Of a stretch of DNA of 64,000 nt, positions 26,403 through 40,177 are shown in pieces. Origin of the DNA: Eledone cirrhosa (Eukaryota); contig OZ024745.1 of the NCBI GenBank assembly GCA_964016885.1, forward strand, positions 106,144,001 to 106,208,000, written 5' to 3'. A model generated the notes under the pieces. It had not been told where the DNA came from, did no database searches, and worked only from the letters and a program-made list of their open reading frames with translations. The stretch's first letter is position 1; every line of letters starts with the position of its first letter. Made by a program: the position numbers and the translations under genes.

Positions 26403-27067
26403 ATCTAAGGATATATGTATATATGAATATATGTATGCAAGCGTGTATGGAGGTACTAAGTATGTATGGGGAAAGCCTTACTTGAGGTAAGGTTTCTACT
26501 TTAGAATTTACTCGTTTTTCCTCGTGTTTGCAACAGTAAAGTCTTTAAACATTCACGATCTCTTATTCTAGATGAATCTTTTGTTACTGCCCTCATTCAG
26601 TGTTAAGCTTTAATATGGCTACTGTTTCGATGGCAGTGCCATTACTGTTGTACTTTAGATTCTTTACGTGTAAATGTCTTGCCTGATTGGTAAGTAAATA
26701 TTTAGTCACATTTCGTGCGGAAGTGTCGTGTGTATTTACAAAACTCAATGGATGTATGGATATCAAATCATGCTGTATTTAATTTGCGAACATATTAGAG
26801 CTACTTCAGTCTCATATTTAAGAGCTGCGGATGCATTTCAATATGTTGAAGTAGGAAAAACAATATTTTCTTAAACTTTGTATTAAATCTACTCCTGATA
26901 ACAGATAATTTGCATATTGAGGAACATAAACATATTTGGTTCATATACACCTTTGGGGGTATATGACTCCATGCTGACGTTCTCTTAAAACAGGTTCACA
27001 GTTTAAATAATCATAGGAAATCTAAATATGTGGCTATGATGCATAAACCTATTGTATACGAGTTCAT

Positions 27068-28290
27068 TAATTGTTTCTACTTTAGGCACAAGGCCAGCAA
27101 TTACCCAGTGCATTACTGGTACTTTATTTTATCGACCCCGTAAGGATGAAAGGCAAAGTCAACCTCGGCGGGATTTGAACTCAGATCGTAAAGGGACATA
27201 ACTATGCTGGAAAGCATGGCGTCCGACCCTCTACCGATACTGCCAATCCACCGAGTTCATTAATGCCTTTATTTTATTCACGCTGTGTTAGTTCTATCAT
27301 CCCGCCCAGATTAACTTTGCTTTTCATCCTTACGGGGTCTATAAAATAAAGTACCAGTAATGTACTGGGTAATTGTTAGACTTGTGCCAAAAGTAAAAAC
27401 AACTATTTATCTATTATCCAAACGATTCACCAACTAAACTTGTAGGATTTATTGTTTTTATTTTTGATTTTAAATTCTCCTGATATAAGATTTTCTCCAC
27501 TCATTGTTTGAATAAACCCAGGTGAACTTCATTACATTTGTGTCTGGTTTCATCATACATAATGCTACATTGAGTTATGTTCCCTCGGCCATAAGGTTGT
27601 TATTCACGATCAGGATCACTACAACCATTATAAGGGGTAAATATCCCCTACGGTCACGAATAAATATGTGTTTGCATCTTGATAAAAATCCCTCCGAAGC
27701 ACAAGCCAGATGAAGGTGCTTTTATAGAAGACCAGTAGCTACCGATGCTTACACGTCACACCTCTTCACGCCTCCAATGATGTCCAATGGAAAGGGAAAG
27801 GCCGATATAGCTTGGCATCAGTGACTTCACAACTCATTTCTACAACTGAGTGAACTAAAGCAACATGAAATAAAGACACAAAGTATCGCCAGGTCCTAGA
27901 ATCGAACTGGCAACCTCACATTTGTAGATCGAATATTCTAAATACTACGCTACGCACCGTCAATTCTCTTAATCTTGTCAACCGAGAATAATATTCTTTG
28001 CTGAAAGGATGTAATGGTTTCGGATTTTGGCTCAGGTCCAACAATGTTGGGTAAGGGAATTCGATTAAATCGACTCCAGTGCGTTTCTGGTACTTTCTTT
28101 TATCGATCAAGTAAGGATGACAGGCACAGCTAACCTCGTAGGAATTTGAACTCAGAACGTAAACGGCCGTAACTGTATACCACACAACATTTTGCCCGAC
28201 ACTTTACCGACAATCTCAATCCTCTGAAGAGATATAATTGTTTCTACTTTAGGCACAAGGCCAGCAATTACCCAGTGCATTACTGGTACT
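27068..28290. mobile_element. SINE cluster: Deu/Nin-like copies (27068-27253 minus, 27299-27403 plus, 28020-28290 minus) and a second tRNA-SINE family (27640-27958 minus)
   Basis: Matches to the 4035 SINE. The second family has a GTTCGATTC B box on minus and a CORE-like body. Confidence 0.7.
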
Positions 28291-29482
28291 ATGAGACTTA
28301 ATCGTATCCCTTGCTTTCACTAGTTGACTATATGTATAAAATCCGATGTATTTTGCATTGTCTATATTGTTCAAACTTGCTATCAACTGATTCTTTTATA
28401 ATAATCTTCCCCCTTGCTAGATGTTAGATTTCGATGACATCTCAAGGGAGATTTATTTTACTTATTGCCTGGAAAATCTGAAATAACTTTATTATGTGTA
28501 TGAGGTATGACTATATTTAATTACGTAAGAGATTAGATCTTTCACTCACATATTCATATCTATCTCCAGATTTCTCCTTTAAAAATAATAAAATTTGTTT
28601 TTCACAATGTGAAAGTGACTTATACAATTCGTTAAAAATAACATAGTAGTATTTATGTATTTCAAAAACAACTTGTGTATCAACAACTTACATGAATCAT
28701 TCAAACTGTATCAAAGCTGAATTTCGTGAAATCAATTAAGAAAGATACATACAAATTGCGCTGGTCTAAAATGTTCTCTCTGCAACCGAAGGAAGTTAAA
28801 CTGGAATAATTATCGCCACGTTTATCCCAGTTTCCTTTTCAATGTATTGCTTATTAGACAACTTTATAGGAGGAATATAATATACCAAATAGGAAGGTTA
28901 AGGTTAACAAATATATAATTAAAATATATAATTTATAATTAAAAATATAAAATCTGAAACGCATAAAATATATCTAACTTTTAAAATAGTAAGAACATCA
29001 TATTGAAAATAATTTTTAAAACTTATAATGCCTTCATGAAATTATAAGCAGTAGGAAGAAACCTAAACCGTAGAAAATATACTGACCAACAATAAAGGCT
29101 ACAATTGATGTTCAGATTCTTCAGTGCACTTCGTATTAGAACATTGCTTGACAGTATTACTTTATAGAGTGCAGAGCCTGTGAATTTGCTATTTCACAAA
29201 AGCCAATTGAATTTGAACAGACGACGCTTCAGTAAAAAAGAAAAAAAACAACTTCCAATTAAATGGGAGGTAAAATTAAAGGGTCTTAAAATATAGGATG
29301 CCCGTGGTACGTTTGGGTAGGTTAAGAACCACTAGGATAGCTGTATGTTTCAGATGAGGCATTCGAGAAAGAAGGTGTGAAGAACATAAAAAAATACATA
29401 TATGTAGGTATATATAAGTATATTTCTCTCTAGATGCATACCGATATATAGTTGCATATATGTATAGATGTATATAACTATG

Positions 29483-29590
<108 letters not shown>

Positions 29591-29824
29591 CATATATATA
29601 AATACATATATATATATAAATACATATACACAAATATCGAGGTATCTGAGAGTATGAGTATACGTCTGTGTGTTTGTGCGTGTGTACGACCTTTACCTTT
29701 ATATTCGCAAACTTCGCAAATTTCCATGCATTTACATATATGTGTTCAGCAGCAAATTAATCAAAATGCTTACGTAATTGTAAGGCCATTAAAATGCAAA
29801 TGTATCTTATCGGTAATGTGTTGC

Positions 29825-29885
<61 letters not shown>

Positions 29886-29916
29886 ATATATATATACATA
29901 TATATATATATGTATG

Positions 29917-29963
<47 letters not shown>

Positions 29964-30078
29964 ATCTATATATATAAGTATGTATATCTATATATATATG
30001 TATGTATATCTATATATATATGTATGTATATATATATGTATATATATACATATATCTATCTATCTATCTCTCTCTCTC

Positions 30079-30211
<133 letters not shown>

Positions 30212-30695
30212 ATATATATATATTTATATATATATATATATAAATATACGTATATGTGTGTGTGTGTGTGCGTTTGCAAATTAGATACGTGTATATATGC
30301 AAACATACACATGCACATACACAGAAACGCACATAGCCGAATAATAGGAATGCACGCTGAGCTGGTATAATAACAATCCTTACTTCATAAATAGTTTATC
30401 ATTTATCAGTTTGGAATAATGCGATTTATCAGTTAAATATTTGGTTCGGTGAACTGATGTCTTTCTGTAAAGAAAAGAGTAATATTTTGGTGGAGATGAA
30501 ACTTTTGATATGATTAGCTGCCTGTTGTTGACATTTCACTAACTTCTGGATATCGCTCAGAAAGATTATTTAACAAATCGAGGCAAAATAATATGTCTGA
30601 TTACATTTGTAAGTATGTATATATGTGTATGTAAGTACGCATGAGTGTATGTGTAGGAGAGAGAAAGAGGGAAAGAGAGAAATAGAGAGAAAGAA

Positions 30696-30729
<34 letters not shown>

Positions 30730-30877
30730 ATATATTTCTTTCTTTCTCTGTCTCTCTTTCTCTCTTTCTCTCTCATTATATATATATATAATGGTCAGCA
30801 ACCAAAGCTATAGAAATCTTCAATATGCCCTAGTGCCTGAATGTTCCACCACCTTAGTGTGCACACACCCAGCGCGT

Positions 30878-31028
<151 letters not shown>

Positions 31029-31248
31029 TGTATATATATATATATTAGTGGATCTACAGAACCCTTTATTTCCACTAATATACCCACTCTGAATCTTTCT
31101 ATGTATCGAATATTTCTTTTATTTGTGATCTTCCTGGTCTTAGGACCGCAGTCTATCAATATATATATATGGAGGTGAGTTTTATTGTAGTACAATAAAG
31201 CAATGCAGATATCGGATAAGAAGCACTCTACAGTTTGTAGGACTGGAG

Positions 31249-31588
31249 TATATATAATATATAAGATCAAAAGATGGTTAAAGGAGTTCCATGTATTTTA
31301 TTATGCGCATTTCAAAAACAAACATCATTATGCAATAATATTTGTGTTTTGAACAGATAAAACAGGAGGACATGATATGAAGGCTAAAAAACACTTGTGG
31401 ATAGTGCAGTTTTAAATCAACATAAGATATGTTGATTTAAAACTGCACTATCCACAAGTGTTTTTTAGCCTTCATATCATGTCCTCCTGTTTTATCTGAT
31501 GAAAACACAAATATTATTGCATAATGATGTTTGTTTTTGAAATGCGCATAATAAAATACATGGAACTCCTTTAACTATCTTTTGATCT

Positions 31589-31601
<13 letters not shown>
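31249..31601. repeat. Near-perfect palindrome with ~175-bp arms and a 3-nt loop
   Basis: Centre CATA-AGA-TATG at about 31426. Three mismatches between arms by manual comparison. Confidence 0.9.
31488..31558 (+). ncRNA. Type I hammerhead ribozyme, family B, intact core
   Basis: TGTTTTAT; CTGATGA 31496-31502; stem II; GAAA 31539-31542; TGCGCA; TA; ATAAAATA. Confidence 0.85.
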
Positions 31602-31660
<59 letters not shown>

Positions 31661-31934
31661 CAAATGACGAAACGAAATTAAATTTCGTTTCGTTTGTAAC
31701 TCACTTTTGTATGACTGACGCTTAAACAATTAAGTTAAAAAAAAATTACATCTACATATGCATACTGAAATACTAGTGTGTATATGAATACACACACGTA
31801 TACATATGTATATGTAACAAGTCTTTCACTGGTTGCTTTACTGTGAGCACCCAGCTATTCTGTATGTAAACACACAGACAAACCGGTTTTTGAGGGAACA
31901 CCTTCCCTCTATTCTCCAGAAAGCCAGACAAGGA

Positions 31935-31977
31935 ATATTGAACTAGTTTCGTTGTTGTTACAACTCATCAGCAATAT
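31935..31977 (-). ncRNA. Minimal type I hammerhead, family C
   Basis: Reverse complement of 32541-32583. Confidence 0.85.
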
Positions 31978-32540
31978 TTACCTATCTACCGGCCTTTCTG
32001 GAGAATTGTAAAAGCACATATCGTTATATGCTTTTTCTATGAAAATTAGTAGTGGGCAGACTAATTTGCATAGAGTGTGAGTACGCACCGGTTCAGCGGA
32101 GACGATAAAAACAAATGACGAAACGAAATTAAATTTCGTTTCGTTTGTAACTCACTTTTGTATGACTGACGCTTAAACAATTAAGTTAAAAAAAAAATTA
32201 CATCTACATATGCATACTGAAATACTAGTGTGTATATGAATACACACACGTATACATATGTATATGTAACAAGTCTTTCACTGGTTGCTTTACTGTGAGC
32301 ACCCAGCTATTCTGTATGTAAACACACAGACAAACCGGTTTTTAGAGTCACACTGGTTTTTGAGGGAACACCTTCCCTCTATTCCCTAATTTCGTTTCGT
32401 CATTTGTTTTTATCGTCTCCGCTGAACCGGTGCGTACTCACACTCTATGCAAATTAGTCTGCCCACTACTAATTTTCATAGAAAAAGCATATAACGATAT
32501 GTGCTTTTACAATTCTCCAGAAAGGCCGGTAGATAGGTAA

Positions 32541-32583
32541 ATATTGCTGATGAGTTGTAACAACAACGAAACTAGTTCAATAT
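32541..32583 (+). ncRNA. Minimal type I hammerhead, family C
   Basis: ATATTG-CTGATGA-GTTGTAACAACAAC-GAAA-CTAG-TT-CAATAT. Perfect 6-bp stem I and palindromic ACTAGT stem III. Confidence 0.88.
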
Positions 32584-33009
32584 TCCTTGTCTGGCTTTCT
32601 GGAGAATAGAGGGAAGGTGTTCCCTCAAAAACCAGTGTGACTCTAAAAACCGGTTTGTCTGTGTGTTTACATACAGAATAGCTGGGTGCTCACAGTAAAG
32701 CAACCAGTGAAAGACTTGTTACATATACATATGTATACGTGTGTGTATTCATATACACACTAGTATTTCAGTATGCATATGTAGTTGTAATTTTTTTTTA
32801 ACTTAATTGTTTAAGCGTCAGTCATACAAAAGTGAGTTACAAACGAAACGAAATTTAATTTCGTTTCGTCATTTGTTTTTATCGTCTCCGCTGAACCGGT
32901 GCGTACTCACACTCTATGCAAATTAGTCTGCCCACTACTAATTTTCATAGAAAAAGCATATAACGATATGTGCTTTTACAATTCTCTAGAAAGGCCGGTA
33001 GATAGGTAA

Positions 33010-33052
33010 ATATTGCTGATGAGTTGTAACAACAACGAAACTAGTTCAATAT
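33010..33052 (+). ncRNA. Minimal type I hammerhead, family C
   Basis: Identical to 32541-32583, 469 bp downstream. Confidence 0.88.
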
Positions 33053-33278
33053 TCCTTGTCTGGCTTTCTGGAGAATAGAGGGAAGGTGTTCCCTCAAAAA
33101 CCAGTGTGACTCTAAAAACCGGTTTGTCTGTTGTTTACATACAGAATAGCTGGGTGCTCACAGTAAAGCAACCAGTGAAAGACTTGTTACATATACATAT
33201 GTATACGTGTGTGTATTCATATACACACTAGTATTTCAGTATGCATATGTAGATGTAATTTTTTTTTTTAACTTAATT

Positions 33279-33340
<62 letters not shown>

Positions 33341-33414
33341 ATATTGGAAAAGTAAAAAAAAAAAACAATAACAAAGAGTGCAGTTACGAACAGTGTTGGT
33401 ATTAGGTTCACGCT

Positions 33415-33529
<115 letters not shown>

Positions 33530-33536
33530 ATTATTT

Positions 33537-33682
33537 ATTTATTAAAATAAGATTAAAGTTTCAGAAAAAATCGGTGCTTTCACCCTTAACGGGATCTTCT
33601 ATTTGCTCTACGGTTTTTATATATATTTATATCCTGAACGAGCCCTCTTCGGATTTTAGTCTTCACATTTATTATTATTACT
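33537..33682 (-). mobile_element. Family E element fragment (partial hammerhead plus companion module)
   Basis: TTTCACCCTTAACGGGATCTTCT joined to the module also seen at 18345-18430. Confidence 0.65.
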
Positions 33683-33805
33683 ATATATATTTATGTGTGT
33701 GTGCATGTGTGTGTGTGTGCACGCGTGTGTGTGTGTTTTATATTGTGAGTTTTATGATACTAATAAACACGCTCCTGTTGAGTTTTATTATTAGTTATGT
33801 AAAAA

Positions 33806-34307
33806 GGGCGGTGGATTGGCAGTATCGGTAGATGGTCGGACGTCATGCTTTGACGCATAGTTACGGCCCTTTCCATTCTGAGTTCAAATCCCGCCGAGGT
33901 TAACTTTGCCTTTCATCCTTACGGGGGGTCGATAAAATAAAGTACCAGTAATGCACTAAGTAATTGCTGGCCTTGTGCCATGAGTAGAAACAATTATTAG
34001 TTATGTAAATATTCAATCCCTGGTTGGGATTAGGAATCAAATATTTATTTAATTGTCAATGCTCCTCCGTCACATACCGTGTGAACTTCTCAAATAAACA
34101 ATGACATTATTTCTCAGATCGATGGATTGGCAGTATCGGTAGAGGGTCGGACGCCATGCTTTCCAGCATAGTTACGTCCCTTTACGACCTGAGTTCAAAT
34201 CCCGCCGAGGTTCACTTTGCCTTTCATCCTTACGGGGTCGATAAAAATAAAGTACCAGTAATGCACTGGGTAATTGCTGGCCTTGTGCCTAAAGTAGAAA
34301 CAATTAT
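33806..34307 (+). mobile_element. Two Deu/Nin-like SINE copies (33806-33997, 34122-34307)
   Basis: Match to the 4035 SINE. Confidence 0.88.
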
Positions 34308-34702
34308 TTCTCAGATCAAGAAACTTACAAAACTAATATAAACCCACAATATATATATATATTTATATATTTGATTTTATTCCCACAATCCCTCTCTCAC
34401 CATTTCTGTCACACTCAATGTCACGCTCTCTCTCTCTCTCTCTCACTCTCTCTCTCTCTCTCTCTCTCACTGTATAGAGAGATAGATAGATAGGATACAT
34501 AGATGAATAGGCAGAGAGAGAATGAGAAATACAAAGGGAAATATATATTTTGGTGCTAATATGATATCAGTTGACTAATATCGAATATTACATTGATCAA
34601 TAACATATAAAAACCTGTATATATATGTATGTTTATATATATATATATATATTGTGTGTGTGTGTGTTTGCTTATATATATATGTATATATATATGTATG
34701 TG

Positions 34703-34769
<67 letters not shown>

Positions 34770-35399
34770 TAAACATTGAAATAACTACGCACAATCATTG
34801 GTATTGCAATCTGCTTTGTTGATATTAAGGAATCCGATAATAACGTGACATAAGTACATTGGAATTACAATTAAAGTGCATTGATATTACAATGAAAGTA
34901 CATTGTTATATTTGAAGTGCATATTGAACCAGCCAAACATCAATAATTTGAATGAAATATCATTATATATTGGCGCAACTTCCTTGATAAGGTTAGAGCA
35001 GCATGTAGTACATCGAGTATTATTAAAACACCGAATAGGTGTAGATTTACTGATTGATGCAGGCAAATGTTACTAATGAACTGAAATATGATTCTTAGTT
35101 TGAGAAGATAACAAAAACATAGCGGCAATATTTAATGCCTCGCAAAAACTGAAGATAGAAGATAATTTCATGAGATTAGAATTGATTCTAAACATAAAAA
35201 TGATCATGCTTTAGGGAAAATCTAATACTTGATATCGGGAACGTTGACAACATATATGTTTCAGTATCATTGTACAATGTGATTAAAGCGTAGCCAGTAC
35301 AAATCGACTTGATCAGCAGGCAGTTGTTTTTGTAAATTCTATTTTCATTTTAGTAGAACTCTCAAATAGGATTGCCACCGCTCTTCCCATCTCTCACTA

Positions 35400-35790
35400 T
35401 TGTGAGCAATAGAAGGCTCACGTAGTGTTCGCCCCGCGGTACCGGTGGACAGAATAAAGAAAGCGTTTCCCTGAAGGATGGTGAGGGAGCTGCACTGGAA
35501 GAGCCATTCCAGTTCGCGAGGCTCACATCTGAGGGTAGCCAACTCTCTGCCGATGGTGGTGAGTAGGGAGGAGGCCCTAGGGCCAAAGAGACCAGAGGTT
35601 TCCACTGCTACGGACTCGACCGCAATTCTGTCGGAGATCGACTGATATTTGAAGAGTTTACCCTCTTCGGCCCGAAGTGCAACCGGGCCTGGGTTAGTCA
35701 CAGACTGAACTAGGTTACCGCTGGAGATTGTGTCGCCTCATGTGGCCTCCCAGACGAGGAGTTTACCACCGCGGAAAGGGAAGATAGTCA
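35400..35790 (-). mobile_element. CRE-clade non-LTR retrotransposon 3' fragment
   Basis: VAVETSGLFGP..WLFQCSSLTILQGNA. Homologous to 49800-50150. Confidence 0.75.
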
Positions 35791-36071
35791 TAACGACTGA
35801 AACATTTCTTACTGGATTCCTGAGTTAAATGGATCCAGTAATACTGATGCATATCAGTTGCTACAATTGTCCCCGCTAATGAAAATCAGATAAGTAGCCA
35901 AATTAGCGGACATGTGTGCGTTGTCTCTTTTGTAGTATACGTTCTGGTTTTCATTGCTTTCATTTCAAATCCCGCCTCGGTCAATGTTGTCGTTCATAAC
36001 AATAAAATAACAGTGAAGCATCAGTATTTCATCCCCCTCTCTCTCTCATTCTTCCCCTTCTATCTCTCTTT

Positions 36072-36103
<32 letters not shown>

Positions 36104-36315
36104 CTCTTTTTCACTCTCTCACTCTTCCTCTCTCCCTCTCACACACACACAAACACACACACTCTCTCTCTCTCTGAAATCAGACGCCATTAGTAGGGTG
36201 CGATGCAACAAATTACCTATTGTCTCCATCATACAAAATCGAGTTAGTTAAGAACATGTCCAGCATAGTTGCTGGTTTATGATATAGCCAACATAGTACT
36301 CTGGTATTTGTTTTA

Positions 36316-36888
36316 AATAATTGTTTCTACTTTAAGCACAAAGGCCAGCAATGTGAAGGGCAAGGAAAAGACGATTAAATTGACCTCAGTGCATTACCGG
36401 TACTTTGTTTATTGACCGCGTAAGGGTGAAAGGCAAAGCTAACTTCTGCGGGATTTAAACTCAGAGCGTAAAGAGCCGTAAATCTATGTCGCGAAGCATG
36501 GTGCCCGTCGCTCTACTGATACTGATAATAATTGTTTCTATTTTTTGGCACAAGGCCAGCAATTACCCAGTGTATTACTGGTACTTTGTTTATCGACCGC
36601 GTAAGGGTGAAAGGCAAAGCTAACCTCGGCGGGATTTAAACTCAGAGCGTAAAGAGCCGTAACTCTATGCCGCGAAGCATGGTGCCCGTCGCTCTACTGA
36701 TACTGATAATAATTGTTTCTATTTTTGGCACAAGGCCAGCAAATTATCCAGTGTATTACTGGTACTTTATTTATCGACCGCGTAAGGATGAAAGGCAAAG
36801 CTAACCTCGGCGGGATTTAAACTCAGAGCGTAAAGGGCTCTACCTCTGTGCTGCACAGCATGGCGTCCGTCGCTCTACTGATACTGAT
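36316..36888 (-). mobile_element. Three tandem SINE copies (periods 211 and 181 bp)
   Basis: AATAATTGTTTCTA at 36316, 36527 and 36708, with shared private variants. Confidence 0.85.
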
Positions 36889-36978
36889 AATACTGAGTGG
36901 ATATATTGTCACTATTGTTGATACTGTTATATCTGTTTATATTGACTTCATGTTTATTATTATTGCTGAATTACGAAT

Positions 36979-37037
<59 letters not shown>

Positions 37038-37135
37038 GGTGGTGGTGGTGGTGGTGGTGGTGGTGGTGGTGGTGGTGGTGGTGGTGGTGGTGGTGGTGGT
37101 GGTGGTGGTGGTGGTGGTGGTAACAGCAGTAATAC

Positions 37136-37200
<65 letters not shown>

Positions 37201-37204
37201 ATAC

Positions 37205-37252
<48 letters not shown>

Positions 37253-37316
37253 CAGCAGCAGCAGCAGCAGCAGTAATACTAGTAGTAGTAGTAGCAGCAG
37301 TAATACTAGTAGTGGC

Positions 37317-37371
<55 letters not shown>

Positions 37372-37414
37372 ATAGTAGTAGCAGCAGTAATACTAGTAGT
37401 AGCAGCAGTAATAC

Positions 37415-37465
<51 letters not shown>

Positions 37466-37495
37466 CAGCAGCAGCAGCAGCAGTAGCAGTAGTAG
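36979..37495. repeat. Compound trinucleotide microsatellite (AGT)n(GGT)n(AGC)n
   Basis: Directly visible. Confidence 0.95.
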
Positions 37496-39442
37496 GTGTA
37501 GGTGTAGGTGTTGGTGTAGGTATTGTTCTATGGCTGACTGTCGTGGGCTTCTATTGAAATCAATAGTGATATGTCAGTTACGGCGAATTATATCATTGCA
37601 TGGGGATGCATACCTACATGTTACTTAACTCTGGCTCAACCGTCACTGTTTGAAGTAGGAACATGTTTACAGTTTCTAATTCAGAATGACCGCCATTTTG
37701 GTGGTTCTATATGTTCTATGTGCTGAATTATTTCAATGTTTTTTATGTGTATGTATCTTTATATATTTCCTATATAAGAAAGTGTCGGGAGTGCTTGAAC
37801 ATGACTTGTTTCTTTGTAAGATTAACTGTTGCATTGTACACGCTTTTATGCGCGTGCCTGATGTATGTATGCATGCAGGTGTATATATATGTATGTATGT
37901 ATGTATGTGCATGTATGTATGTATGTATGTATGTATGTATGTATGTATGTATGTATGTATGTATGTGCATGTATGTATTATTTATGTATGTATGTATTTA
38001 TGTATGTGTATATGTTTCTTCATAGATTACAAATCAATTGATTTTATAGACACATTATAATGACATCAGTTTTTCGTGTCATTCCGATTTTACAAATTAA
38101 CATAGCTTTTAAACAATTTATTTTTGTTGTTGATATTATTATTATTAATAAACATGTTTATGTTCAATTAAATCATTTTATAAATATTCATGTTTCATTG
38201 TTGGGGTAGTGTTTTTCCTTTGATTTATTTCACCTTATTTCTCTTTAATACATATTTTATATTTCATTCATATATATATAACTTTCTTCAAACACTATAT
38301 GGCAATAAAAATTTCATCAGTATCCTCATCAATGGTTTGCAGTATCATATTAATATTTATCAGACTTCTTTGCTTCATCATCAGTAATTTATTTATTCAT
38401 TTATTTATTTATTTATTTATTCATGTTTGTATACACAATGTCTGTATTGACATCTGGAGAATGAAAACAAGGTTTCTTTCCCTCAGGTCTGAATACGTCA
38501 GATAGAAAACACTTTCCTTTGTATGTTACCAGATTCAAGCAATGTTGATTATTTTTCTCCTGTTTATTTGTTGTCGAATATAAAATTTTTTGAATTAAAA
38601 ACACATTACATTTTTTCTGAAGTAAATCAGCCTAATGCTCCGAGTATCGTTATACTTTACACTTGCTTTTACTTCTCAAGATTCTTAGCAGCTATAAACT
38701 AAATTCTGAATATTTTTTGAAATCCTTGCGGTAATATTGTGTATACCAATGTATACGAATGTGAGTTATAACTAAGTTTGATTTATTTTTTAACCTGTAG
38801 TGGGGAAGAGACTTACACCACGCAATTTAAACATCACCAGCACAACTCTTCGTATTTTTAATGGTGGTCATTCTGTTATAAGCATTAGAAGCATGTCTCC
38901 TATTGCAAGACAGAGAGCTCGATAGCTTGGCGAGATGCATTTTACTCCTGTAAAGTCATAATCTCTTGCTCGCTATCTTCCAGATGTGTCTCCCTTCGAG
39001 GAGGCCTTGTACATGCGGTGTACATTCCTTTCTAAACCATGAAAGACCCTTAATATCAGTTCTCTCTTCTATATTCAATCTGTTTTGATATTAAAGTATG
39101 ATAATATTTTTGTTTGGTTGTCTTCAAATGTAGTTTTGAAAACTCTGCTGCATCACATTACGATGGCTTCAAAATCATATTTTGTCAACGATCACTATGA
39201 AGACTAGAGAATATTTTGTCATGTTTATATTGTTCAGTCATTGAAACCAACAGATTTGCAAAGTCAGTTGAGTGAGTTATAGAAAGCCTTGCACTATATA
39301 ATTGTGTACGTTTGTGTTCTAGGTTCGAATTCAACTGGTGGGAATGTTAATGAAATAAATAGCAGTGAAGTAATTTTATCGACATAATCGATTGTACCCT
39401 CCTCCAAAATGTGATGTATTTCAAAAGCTAGAAATCACATTA

Positions 39443-39783
39443 TCTATATATCTAAAACAGAGATTGTCTGTCTGTCTGTCTGTCCGATCACTAAAACTCG
39501 GAACCACCCAACCGATTGTTTTCAAACTTTACACATGTAATTCTTATGGTCCTGTGATTGTTTTGAGCAAAATATATTTCAAATTTTCAATGCACTAGGG
39601 ACCGCATTGGGTGATTTAGCGATCTCTCTCTATAATTCTTAATCTTTCTCTTTTTAGATAGATATATAGATATAACGTTGCGCTCTTATAATATCTGTCT
39701 GCATGCCTAGTTGCCTGCATTACGATATTATGACGTATCTGTGTGTGTGTGTGTATGTGTGTGTGTGTATGTATATATAGTGT

Positions 39784-39871
<88 letters not shown>

Positions 39872-40177
39872 TGTGTGTGTGTAACGTTTTTCGAATTTAC
39901 TTCTGCGTTCACAGATGAATTTTTTTAGTTTCAGAAGATCCCGTTAAGGGTGAAAGCAGCGATTCTTTGCTTAAACTTTAATCTGTTATTTTTATATATA
40001 TATATATAATTATATATTCGTGTACAGATATTTTTTCATACCCAATAACAAAATATAAACAAACGTATTTATTTCACGAGGCTCGATAAGGATAAATATA
40101 TATCAAGGATGAATATATATCAAATATATAAGAACCCTAGAGTAAATCCCGAACAACGCCGGGGGCCATTCTGCTAG
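39443..40177 (+). mobile_element. Non-autonomous Helitron
   Basis: A|TC 5' end (TCTATATATCTAAAAC), (GTCT)n, AACCGATT motif, and a 3' CCCG..CGGG hairpin followed by CTAG|T. Confidence 0.8.
39911..39986 (+). ncRNA. Hammerhead-like family E (CAGAAGA core), best copy
   Basis: ACAGAT..AGTTT; CAGAAGA 39932-39938; TCCCGTTAAGGGT; GAAA 39952-39955; GCA-9nt-TGC; TT; AAACT..ATCTGT. Confidence 0.7.

Larger units (their letters stand above)
31655..33283. mobile_element. Retrozyme-like array of ~469-bp units (minus 31655-32386, plus 32387-33283) flanked by (TA)n
   Basis: Near-identical units with one hammerhead per complete unit. Period is 469 bp on the right and 451 bp on the left (17-bp deletion). Confidence 0.8.
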
